A stretch of 49,272 nucleotides of DNA, from positions 1-49,272 of the forward strand of contig CAJNYT010000219.1 of NCBI GenBank assembly GCA_905331485.1, written 5' to 3'. A model generated the notes under the pieces. The model saw only the letters and a program-made list of their open reading frames with translations, ran no database searches and was not told where the DNA came from. Of this stretch, positions 17,901 through 27,778 are shown piece after piece (the first letter of the stretch is position 1; each line of letters begins with the position of its first letter). A program made the position numbers and the translations under genes. This DNA comes from Rotaria socialis (Eukaryota).

Positions 17901-18720
17901 TATTGTGCAGCGGTAGGCTTTTCATTTAAGGAAATGTGCTCCAACCGCATTAGACCATCCATACGTATAGGCTTCTGTTTTTGTTTACTTTCAATACAAA
18001 CGCCATTAGCTACAGTACGAAATAGCTGCGTAATATCTTTATTTGGCTTTGCTATGTGTTTCAATAGATGTTTGGCGAATAATCCATTTCTATCAGTAGT
18101 ATCACCATCAGAGGCAATTTGATTTGGGCTACATGCAAAGACGACGTAGCTGCCATCCGGTACTTCCATTGCATGTAAACTAATACCTTCGAGCTTCGCT
18201 AAAACAACGATACGTGATACATCTTATACGGCACAATTTTGACTAGTTTTTGCTACCAACCGTTTCTTTGCCTTTTGTTTTTTGGATAGTGTACTCGACA
18301 ACAATCTAGTATAAATACCGTCACAAAGGATGGATTTTTTTGTCTTAATTGATGAAGAGTGCGTTCGGCACAAGTACAATAATCCTCAACATCTTCATCA
18401 GATTTAATTAAATCATCATCTACGTGAGCCAAATATGTTCTGCCATTAACGTGATAGCCATGGCCAGAAAAGTAGAACATAACCAAATCGCCGTCAACGA
18501 TTGTCTCAGCAAAAGCGGATATTGTAGAGGCCATTTGTGACTTTGTAAGATCACGTGCCGTTTTTACCTGAAATTTAATATTTCGTAGCACGTTACTAAG
18601 ATCATTAGCATCATTGATACAATGACGAAGTCTATCTTCAGATTGAATATAATTCTGGTTTCCGATAACTAATGCTATTTTACGGCGAGGCCTTGAGGCA
18701 GTAGAATTCAGAGTAGCCAT
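17900..18720 (-). CDS. Caspase-fold (peptidase C14) protease, paracaspase/metacaspase-like, 2 exons (18720-18261, 18198-17900)
   Basis: - KIALVIGNQNY...NDANDLSNVLRNIKFQVKTARDLTKSQM...LVMFYFSGHGY (catalytic His).
- FILDCCR (catalytic Cys).
- Second exon: SYVVFACSPNQIASDG...NGLFAKHLLKHI.
- A 62-nt GTTGGT...TTTTAG intron (18199-18260) joins the ORFs in phase, giving 759 nt = 252 aa.
- The layout resembles the MALT1 paracaspase core (ALLIGNxxY...YYAGHGY...FLLDMCR). Confidence 0.8.
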
Positions 18721-18885
18721 GAGAATTATTTTTTTCTAAAAGAAAATAACTCAGTTAAATTACACGGCTGATAAGTATCGGACACTCAGGATACTTTAAT
18801 AAATAGACTGCAGATAGATTTTTGATGTATTTTAACTTTGTATCTGTGTGATACACTTACATATTGTATTGTTCTCTTAGAACGG

Positions 18886-19505
18886 TTCTCAATAGCATAT
18901 GAGCGCATGCGGTAAGTCTTTTTCCTGAAAAACTCTTCCACTCATTCTCTGCAAATGGCACTTGTACTTTTCCGCGGCACAATCAAACACATCATTTAGT
19001 ACGAGCAATGTCGTAATCAGTTTTCCTTCCCGTTTCGCCATATTTCAGTCCATGAGCATCGCGAAAAATAAAGTACGCTGAAGGATGGACTAGTAGACGT
19101 TTTGATTGTAAACGATCAGTATTATTCATGTATAGAAAACGATTTTAGAGAATATTAATTATGCTGAATATTTACTTATAAACAATCAAAAGCACAACGA
19201 AACCTTGTCAAACCGTTTTCTATACATGAATAATACTGATCGTTTACAATCAAAACGTATAATAGTCCATCCTTCAGCGTACTCTATTTTTCGCGATGCT
19301 CATCGACTGAAATATGGTGAAACTGGAAGGAAAACGGATTCCGACATTGAAACATGTAAATGGAATAATATGTTTTTGAACGCTGCTCGTGCTAAATGAT
19401 GCGTTTGATTGTGCCACTGAAAACTACAAGCGTCAATTGCAGAGAATGAGTCGAAGAGTTTTTCAGAAAAAAGGCTTACCATATACGCTCATATGCTGCT
19501 GAGAA
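18886..19505. repeat. Long imperfect palindrome, arms 18886-19142 and 19213-19505, spacer about 70 bp
   Basis: The reverse complement of the right arm matches the left arm almost throughout (ttctcagcagcatatgagcg.. / ttctcaatagcatatgagcg.. ; ..gattgtaaacgatcagtattattcatgtatagaaaacg in both). The right arm carries an extra segment of about 35 bp. Confidence 0.9.
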
Positions 19506-20126
19506 GCATGCAAAATACAAGGAGGCCTATTATTTTTGTCTGTCCATTATAAGAGTGATTTATAAGCAGCTACGTAAAGAACATGATATATTTTTTCACC
19601 TTAGGCAAATATTAGTTTTGGCTCATGACGCGAACTTTCGAAATGTTTTATTAATATTTCACAATACGTATTTTTGATGACGTCATTACTCTGAATAACA
19701 GATGAGATATGTTTTAATCACAGTCAAGTTATTAGAATTTTCAACGTTGTTTTAACAAAAAATACGTCTAAGTGATATAGGTAAAGTTAGCACCAAATTC
19801 GGTTATTTTTTGTCCGGATTAGCTCAAGAACGTGCGTTCGATGTAAAATTAAATTCTACGTCGAATTGCATTATTTTCAATAGTGGTCATCGAGCAAGAA
19901 AAGGGGCTCAGGATGAAATACTAGAGTTCGGGTGCACGATACCATAATCTTGATAGGCATTATTGAAGTTGGTCAAAAGATTTCAATCGCCACATAGGGT
20001 TGGACCGTTTGTTAGCTATAATATGTATAGAATGAAAGAAAGATATAAGGAATGAAAGAGGGATATATAGAGAGTGAAAGAGACAAGCAGTGTCACTGAT
20101 GTTATGTGACAGAACGAAGAAAAATA

Positions 20127-20198
20127 TGACCTTCATGGAGATCGAACCCATACCTTCTGCTATCCAGGCAGATGTCCTACCAGTTAGACTAGAAGAAC
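20127..20198 (-). tRNA. tRNA-like sequence (probable tRNA pseudogene or tRNA-derived element), nominal anticodon GGA
   Basis: Minus strand: GTTCTTC TA GTCT AACTGGTA GGAC A TCTGC CTGGATA GCAGA AGGT ATGGG TTCGATC TCCAT GAAGGTC A. The cloverleaf is drawable and has A-box-like and B-box-like (GGTTCGATC) motifs. Anomalies: a U2-U71 mismatch, G53-U61 in place of G-C, a pyrimidine at position 37, and a Ser anticodon without the long variable arm. Confidence 0.3.
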
Positions 20199-20616
20199 GT
20201 ATTAATCTTCGTTTAGCGTTATTGTGATCCGTCACTAACGCTATCACCGTTGATTTTAATTTGAGTTAATTAAGAGAGTTAATTAAGTGGTTTTACTTAA
20301 CACTTAATATTACATTAACGTAAACTGACACCCCTATAGCCACGTGACAGACGAGATCCTTCTTCATAGGAGAGCAAATCTAGCTGACAAGAAATTGAAT
20401 CAATAGCACACGAAATTAGCTTTATTCTCGACTCGAATGACTCGATCAACACTACTGTTTTAACGAGGAGCACCTTTTATGGCAAGACTATCATGATATT
20501 GTTTCAGAACAACAAATTTGGCCAGTAAGTGATACAAAAATTGAACTAACATGGCAGAAGTAGCTGTTCCCGTCTCTTGAATATAGGATGAGATGATAGC
20601 TACACTGTAAAAAAAA

Positions 20617-20771
20617 GAGGGTTTATGAAAGTGCAACGTGACACATACCCTTTTTTCCGTTTTTGAAATATCTGATAAACCCCTTTTCCAAATCATAAAC
20701 CTAAAAACTGTTTATTATCTTCGTCATATGCGGAAAAAAAGTTTATGACACGTTGCACTTTCATAAACCCC
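20617..20771. repeat. Short inverted repeat (26-bp arms, spacer about 100 bp) next to a solo telomeric G-arm
   Basis: gagggtttatgaaagtgcaacgtgaca (20617-20643) pairs with tgacacgttgcactttcataaacccc (20746-20771). It is followed by gggtgcgggtgtgt (20779-20792). Confidence 0.7.
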
Positions 20772-21250
20772 TTTTATTGGGTGCGGGTGTGTAAGAAACT
20801 ACCACGACGCTTTTCGACTGATGCTTAGTCAGTCTCATCAGGTGACTTAGTGTCTCTAGTTCGATTCAAAAAAATTTGAACAAAAAAATTCAAAATCAAT
20901 TCGAGAATATTATTCTGCTCTAATTCACGATGAAGTAGAATGGTAATATCTTGATGGTGTGGGTGTGTATTAAGTTTAGAAATTAACTACAACTAGTTTC
21001 GATTTTTCTGATGGGTCTTCATCAGATGGTTTAAGCGCTGTATAAGATATCAAATTGAAAGGAAAATTTCAAAAAAAAAATTCCTGGAACTTTTAATATC
21101 AAAGCAAAGAAGAGAATTCTCAACACTTAGTACAATGCTTGATCCAAAGATCATTGCAAAATACTTAGAAGAACTAAAAGTGTACGCGGAAGTGAAATTT
21201 TTAGCTAAAATAGACAAGCGAGTGTGAGAAGAATAATCATAGTAAATTTT

Positions 21251-21303
21251 GAGGATGTGGGTGTAAGCAATCTTTGTATTAACAATCCCACTCACACCCA
21301 CAC
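21251..21303. repeat. Inverted telomeric-repeat junction
   Basis: G-arm gaggatgtgggtgt, 22-bp spacer, C-arm cccactcacacccacac. Confidence 0.8.
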
Positions 21304-21720
21304 TTTACAGTATCTGAGCTTTGGATGAACCCATTTTCTGACTAATGGAAGATCGGATAGGAAAAATGACGGTGGATTCGGGTTCCTGGATCTCCATGAC
21401 CTATTGCAAATTTTGATAGTTTCGAAGAATCTGTTTCGCGTCTTGGTGTAAGCGTGTGTCTCTTCACGACATAGAGCATCTGTGAAACCCGTAAGAAACA
21501 TGAAGGAATACAAGCATAGTTTTTCATAAAAATTTAGCGTTAAATGCTGATGTGGTTTGTATTAGGTTTGATACAGGAGCATTGACTATGTACAGGAAAT
21601 GTAGAGATGGTGATCGGATCCTATTGAAAACTGATCGAAAACGATAGTAGGAAAGTATATTGATTCCGACTTTTGAATCCGTTGTCGGATTCTGTATAGA
21701 ATTGATCGAGCTGATGAGTT

Positions 21721-22010
21721 GTAGTCATTAGAAACAATCGATTGTTAATCAAACAATTCGATTGTAAAATATTTGGATTTCAATCGGTAGAGAAGATTTT
21801 AATCGATTGTAAAATTAAAATCAGTTTCAACTGCTGTAATTAGAAATAACCGATTGATAATCTATCAATTTGATTTTCCAAGATTGAAATTTCAATTGAT
21901 TGGGAAGATTTCAATCAATTGTTCGATTAAAATCAGAGTTTAAGGGGTAAAATCATCAATAATTGATAGAATAGATTAAAACTTGAATCAATTGCTGGAT
22001 TTTAGTCGGA
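21721..22010. repeat. Degenerate tandem repeat, about 2.5 units of about 114 bp, rich in CAATCGATTG-type palindromes
   Basis: Unit 1 (21721-21835) and unit 2 (21836-21947) align at about 70 percent (gtagtcattagaaacaatcgattg.. / gtaattagaaataaccgattg.. ; ..attaaaatcagtttcaa / ..attaaaatcagagttta). A partial third unit follows. Confidence 0.65.
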
Positions 22011-22258
22011 TTAATTATATTACAAAAAGAGGTAGTTTGGTTCGAGAAATCGGATTTGGTCAACCATAATTAAACATAATCACGATTTTATGAGGGATAT
22101 TTTTCACTGGAAAGTAATAACAAACAAACAAACAACAAATAAGTAAATACAATGATCGAAAAGAAAGAAAACATGAAAGAGTTACACATAACGACGATAA
22201 AGATAGATGCTGTAACTTGAAAAAGGTATAGACATATTCGTCAATTGATTAAAAGATA

Positions 22259-22933
22259 CCCTAGACAAACATCTTGTAAGCAAGATCTTGGTCAAGATAC
22301 AAGGTACAGATATGTTAACAGATCTTGGAAATTCAGGTACAAGATAACTGTATTATCTTGTACCCAAGATCTAATTACAGATCTTACATAAGAATTCATT
22401 AAATCTTGGATGCACACTAAAATAATACCTGCTGCATTCTTTTATATTTTTTCAATATATTTTCATTTTAATTATTCCTCTTCCGAATTCCAGCAAGTCA
22501 GATGTTGCGATCTGACTGGCTATAAATTGGTCTGATATCCGCCGGACCAATTAGGGAAGTCCTCTCTCGATCATCGATCGAGATCAGCATTCTCTCGAAT
22601 AATCGAGAAATAGTTGAGAAAAAAAATTTTGAAAATTTGTATTTTGTATGTTCAACCATGCTGTTTATATACAGCTGTGTATCCATTTTAAAACGGTGAA
22701 TGACTAGAGAGCATGTAAATACACTAATGATGTCGCTTTCTGTTTCGCTCAAGATCTTATCGGAAGATAATAGTACACGATATTTTTTCCATGATCTTGA
22801 CAAGTTCTTAAGTACAGATTTATCCGATACAACCAAGATATGTACATGCAAATTATCTTTTTAAGACCTTAATAAGATCTTACTTACCGATCCCAAGATT
22901 CCCAGATCTTGCTTACAAGATGTTCGACTAGGG
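22259..22933. mobile_element. Non-autonomous TIR element (675 bp) flanked by TA, Tc1/mariner-like MITE candidate
   Basis: The left end is ccctagacaaacatcttgtaagcaagatct. The reverse complement of the right end is ccctagtcgaacatcttgtaagcaagatct (29 of 31 identical). TA lies on both flanks (22257-22258, 22934-22935). There are subterminal caagatct repeats. The internal ORF 22498-22851 has no recognisable transposase motif. Confidence 0.65.
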
Positions 22934-23097
22934 TAGACCATATGGCAATCTCGGAGTTGATCGTTTCTTCGTTCTAATAACAACTTCGTTCAGTATTATT
23001 TTTAAATTATTAGCATTCAGCAAGGACTTCTTATTGAATACTATAGTTCATTTTATCAGTCGCCTTAAACTTTTGGAAGTTTGACATTCATTCCGAT

Positions 23098-23162
23098 TTG
23101 TGTGTGGGTGTGGGTATGGGCTGATCATGAGTCAGATAGGCACCTGCACCCACACCCACCCT
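23098..23162. repeat. Inverted telomeric-repeat junction
   Basis: G-arm ttgtgtgtgggtgtgggtatggg, 26-bp spacer, C-arm cacccacacccaccct. Confidence 0.85.
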
Positions 23163-24861
23163 CGTGACTCACGCATGGTGAAAACCCCACCTCGCTATCT
23201 TGTTCCTATCAAAAGTTATTCAAAAAATACCCACCGCCTTTTTTTAAATGGGCAGTAGGTTCTTTTAGAATTTAGTTAATATACTGTGCAGATTATTGCA
23301 CTTTGTTTGTGATTTCTTTTGAATAAATTGAAATCATTTAAAACACGTATGGCAGAGTCATTACCATCTGATGACTTCATTAAACTAGGACGAAATCTGG
23401 ATCATGGTATGCTTGACACACCCACAACGTCTTTTTATCACACACCAAATCCAGTAATTAATCAACTGTTACACAAAAACAACTCGTCAATTCTGTCGCC
23501 ACCTCATCAATCACCATTGCCACATCATCCACCACTAAATCAGATCGTATCATAAACATTTTTATTCATAATCAGCACCTAACGTTTGCTTTTTTTCATC
23601 GTATTTGAATTACTTTATCATCAGCTTTTCTCTTTTTAATCATCTCGCATATTGTTTCTAGTGAACAATATGAATTATCTGAAGTTTTTCGTTCTTTTTA
23701 CTCTTACTATATTCTTTTCGGTTTTGTGGAACTCACATATATTTTCGAAGAAAATGGTGAGAGTAAGTTTAAAAGCGAGATTTTTGCGGCTCCCCACCCC
23801 CTCCCCATTACAGGCATTAATTAGCTTAAAATTGTGCTAATTAGGAGCTTGACTAATTAGGCTGCTGTTTCTTCCTTTTTTAAACTACAGACTGCACGAA
23901 AAAGCGATGCTTGCCCATTACAGACCATAGAAACTAGTATCTGTCATTGATAAATATACGAGCTAACAATTAATACTCAATTACAGATATAAGCAAATAG
24001 GCAATAACCTAATTATAAGCTTTGGAAATCAGGGTAGATTTTTTAGATGAACTATTTTGAATTATTTTAGTAAGCCAAAGGGATATATGTGAGTTCCACA
24101 TTTTAGCCACAAAGGGGCTGTACTAATAAGCTTTTCTTCTTCTTCTTATCATGGTGTTTGAATCGTTTCAATCTCGTATTCTATTGTTATGTGAAGGTCC
24201 TTACTACCTTTCCGCTGTATATATATTCAAATAAGTAAACCCAAAAGTGTCCCTACTACATAACTAACTAGCTATATATAGCGACAGAGAGAACACAGAG
24301 AGAAAGAAGATAGACCATGAACATATAGATAGTACGAATCAAACAACAGGCGAGATGTAGGAAGATAATAAGAGATACTGTAGATGGGGCGACTCTACGA
24401 CCTAACCGGAGAGCAGGTCGTAACACCACCCCGCAACTAACAAGATGCGCGCCCGCGCATCAACAGAAATGGAAAAAAAACCAGGAATACATAGGAGAAA
24501 AAAGAAAGTGGAAAAAAAACGAAAAAAACGAGAAAACTAGAAAAGGGTTAATGAGATTGACAGATGATTGTAGTCGAGGACAAAACCCTAACCAATTTGG
24601 CTTGTCATGTTGTCGATCGATGTCGATGATTGACATAAAGTCATTTCCTCGGACGATCGCCATTGCCACACCGTCGAGCCGCCTTCGCCACCTTGTTGAA
24701 GGAAGACAATGATAATGAAGAATGGGCACCGTCGCCACCCCGGCGACACCTGCTTTGTTGAAGCATATGCTGTTGAGAAGAGGATCACAACAGGCTCGGT
24801 TAATCTGCCAACAATGCTACGTTGTGCCGCTCTAGCACTTGTCGAAGTTGACTAACATGGC

Positions 24862-24954
24862 TGGGTGTGGGTGTGAGATGTGGGCGGGCATAATTTTGAT
24901 TGTGCGTACATGAGACAATAGAATAATATTCATACCCACAACCACACCCACACC
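24862..24954. repeat. Inverted telomeric-repeat junction
   Basis: G-arm tgggtgtgggtgtgagatgtgggcggg, 45-bp spacer, C-arm acccacaaccacacccacacc. Confidence 0.85.
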
Positions 24955-25438
24955 GATTTAACCATAAACTCGCTGATGGAATTAGTTAGGCATTCTTTTT
25001 TGAAATTATATTTATTTCAAAGCAAATTTTGAAATTATTATTTTGTTGTCAGGTAGGACGATTATTGAAACTCTAGAGTTAAGACTAACAGATTGATTTA
25101 TATGAAAGACATACGGATAGGAATTCACTAGTACAGTCGGACTGGTACACCCACCTTCAATCTCATCCCCAGTCTGACCCTTCGAGTGGGGAACCCAAAA
25201 CGGTCCCGTTCCGGATGGGACTGAATTCGGAACCAAAAAATAATTTTTTGTGGAACCGGGACTAAATACTTTTTTAGTCAGTCCCGAGCAAATTTTTTAA
25301 AGAAAAAAAATCGTCTATAGTACTTGGTTCTTTTATTTTCAAGAAGTAATTTCACTATTTTCCCTTTCATATATTTTATAATACAAGAAAATCTTCACAA
25401 ATAAATATTCAAAATTTTAAAACAACACGATAAACTTG

Positions 25439-25495
25439 AGGGTGTGGGTGTAGACTGAATTAAAAACAGCGTATCCACATCGACACCCACACCCA
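25439..25495. repeat. Inverted telomeric-repeat junction
   Basis: G-arm agggtgtgggtgt, 21-bp spacer, C-arm atccacatcgacacccacaccc. Confidence 0.85.
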
Positions 25496-25832
25496 AAATA
25501 GAAGTGTGTTTCAGAAAATCGGGACCTGGACTGAAAAAAATTAGTCGGGCTTGGGATGGGATCGGGACCAAAAAGGGTGGTCCCTCATTTCCCTACCTTC
25601 CAGAGATAAGGCTTTATTTTGAAACTAGTTTTTGTATGCAAACTCACATGTTGTAAAATGTTTTTTTTTATTCTGTGCGATGATAATATTAGGAAAAATA
25701 GATAAGAGAAATTGCGTTGTACAGAATGAAATAAGCACAACGGAAAAATTATTTATTTTAATATTTGATATTCAACACAAGAAGACAGGCAAAAATACAT
25801 TATATTTTAACGAAAATTCATTTTAGGAGTTC

Positions 25833-27707
25833 ATGACTTCATTAACGAAAAATCTTGAAGGTCTGACTATTGTATGGCTTGATGTTGATCGTATTCATCA
25901 AAACACCGATGATTATTTTGATACGAAAAATCGTCTACGACAATGCAATAATTATATAGAAATATATCATGATCCAAATGAGTGTATTCATGGTATAATA
26001 GCGAATGGATACGTTTTTCTAATCGTTTCTGGTTCAATCTGCGAAACATTTATTCCGCTGATTTTTGAAATCAAACAGATCGTATTTATTTACGTTCTAT
26101 ATTCGGATAATCAATTGACGGACACCTGTGAACTAAAAACTATTTCAAAACTTCATGGAATATTCTCAAGTAAAAACCAACTTATTGAAAAACTGAAACA
26201 AGACGTCAAATCATATTTGAAGAGTTTGCCACTAACATGTATCGTCAATGAAAAGTCAATTCGTGCTTTAAACAAAGAATATTCTACGTTTATGTGGACT
26301 CAATTGCTTATGGACGTTTTAATTCAAATACCTCAAACAGATCGTGCAAAAATGATGATGTTAGAAGATTGCCGATTGCATTATGCTGATAATAAAGCTC
26401 AATTAGATGATATTAACGAGTTTCAAGAAAAATATGAACCAGACTTTGCAGTTTGGTGGTATACACGTGAGAGTTTCGCATATAAACAATTAAACCAAGC
26501 ACTACGTACACAAGATATTGACATTATTTTTAAATATCAATTTTTTATAAGAGATCTTTATGTACTATTGAAAGAATTATATGAAGAATCTATGCCATCC
26601 TTAGAAGAAATATCGATTGTCTACCGTGGCCAACATATCAATTGTGATGAATTGGAAAAAATAAAAAATAATGTGAACGGTCTTATTTCAATGAATTCAT
26701 TTTTATCAACAACTCGAAACAAGAATCGAGCTTTAATATCCGCCGGTGATGGTTCAAATAGGCCCTCGCTTGAATCCATCTTATTTGAAATTACGATTAA
26801 TAAAAATGTTGCTGCTAAAACTAAACCATTCGCTGACATTACAAAGATGAGTCAATTTGGCAAGGCAGAAGAAGAAATACTATTATCGATTGGAAGTATA
26901 TTCAAGATTCAGTCAGTTGAACAGTTAGCTGAAAATGCTCATGTTTGGGACGTTAAGCTAATATTAAATGAATCAGTGGTGATTAATGAAATAGACATGT
27001 TATTCAATTATTTCAAAATGAATTCAACTACAAGTATATCGAATGTCGGTACATTAGGTTTACTATTAGGAGAGATGGGAGAATATGAAAAAGCGGAAAA
27101 ATATTATCAAATGATGCTTGATGAATTATCAACAGATCATTGCGGAGTTCCAATAATATTAAATAATATGGGAGTATTATACAATGATATGGGTAATGAT
27201 GAAAAAGCATTAGAATATTATAAGAAATCATACGAAAGTTATAAAATGCAAAACGTATCAGAAAATGATCTTCTCTTAGCGAATTTATATCATAATATGG
27301 GTTCATTGTATTATGAAAATGAGTATAATAAAACAGCATTGAAATATTTTAAAAAAGCTTTTAAAATTTGTAATAATAATTCTACGCTACCCAGTCTTTT
27401 ATTATCTGCAACATTATATACAGACGTGAGTGGAATATATCAAGATAATGAAGATTCTGTTAATGCATTGGATCAGTTGCAACACACATTTGAAATCCAA
27501 AAAAGAATTCTACCATCAACTCATTTCAGAATCGCTGCAACATACAATAACATAGGAAGTGTTTATCTTTGTAAAGGAGATTATGCAAAAGCATTAGAAA
27601 ACTTTGAAATAGCCTTGAATATTGGATTAAAATCTTTGCCAGCCGATCATGAACATATTCAAACATATCGTGAAAATATAAAACATGCTAAAGAAAGAAT
27701 AAAGTAA
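25833..27707 (+). CDS. 624-aa R-S-E ADP-ribosyltransferase domain protein with C-terminal TPR repeats
   Basis: Single ATG..TAA ORF.
- ART motifs: VYRGQ (Arg), FLSTT (STS), GKAEEEILL (ExE).
- C-terminal third: repeated TPR-type units (NNMGVLYNDMGNDEKALEYYKKS, YHNMGSLYYENEYNKTALKYFKKA, YNNIGSVYLCKGDYAKALENFEIA).
- An AATAAA at 27698-27703 overlaps the end of the ORF. Confidence 0.85.
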   Translation: MTSLTKNLEGLTIVWLDVDRIHQNTDDYFDTKNRLRQCNNYIEIYHDPNECIHGIIANGYVFLIVSGSICETFIPLIFEIKQIVFIYVLYSDNQLTDTCELKTISKLHGIFSSKNQLIEKLKQDVKSYLKSLPLTCIVNEKSIRALNKEYSTFMWTQLLMDVLIQIPQTDRAKMMMLEDCRLHYADNKAQLDDINEFQEKYEPDFAVWWYTRESFAYKQLNQALRTQDIDIIFKYQFFIRDLYVLLKELYEESMPSLEEISIVYRGQHINCDELEKIKNNVNGLISMNSFLSTTRNKNRALISAGDGSNRPSLESILFEITINKNVAAKTKPFADITKMSQFGKAEEEILLSIGSIFKIQSVEQLAENAHVWDVKLILNESVVINEIDMLFNYFKMNSTTSISNVGTLGLLLGEMGEYEKAEKYYQMMLDELSTDHCGVPIILNNMGVLYNDMGNDEKALEYYKKSYESYKMQNVSENDLLLANLYHNMGSLYYENEYNKTALKYFKKAFKICNNNSTLPSLLLSATLYTDVSGIYQDNEDSVNALDQLQHTFEIQKRILPSTHFRIAATYNNIGSVYLCKGDYAKALENFEIALNIGLKSLPADHEHIQTYRENIKHAKERIK

Positions 27708-27722
27708 TCGAATATTAATAAT

Positions 27723-27778
27723 GGGGTGTGTGGTGTGGGTGTGGATATGATCCAGACTGGAAAATTCACCCACACCCA
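27723..27778. repeat. Inverted telomeric-repeat junction starting 15 nt after the ART-TPR stop codon
   Basis: G-arm ggggtgtgtggtgtgggtgtgga, 21-bp spacer, C-arm cacccacaccca. Confidence 0.9.

Noticed and set aside
21711-21735. Hammerhead-ribozyme-like string CTGATGAG...GAAAC
   Set aside because: The 12 nt between the conserved boxes cannot form helix II, and no helix I/III partners are evident. It is probably a chance match.
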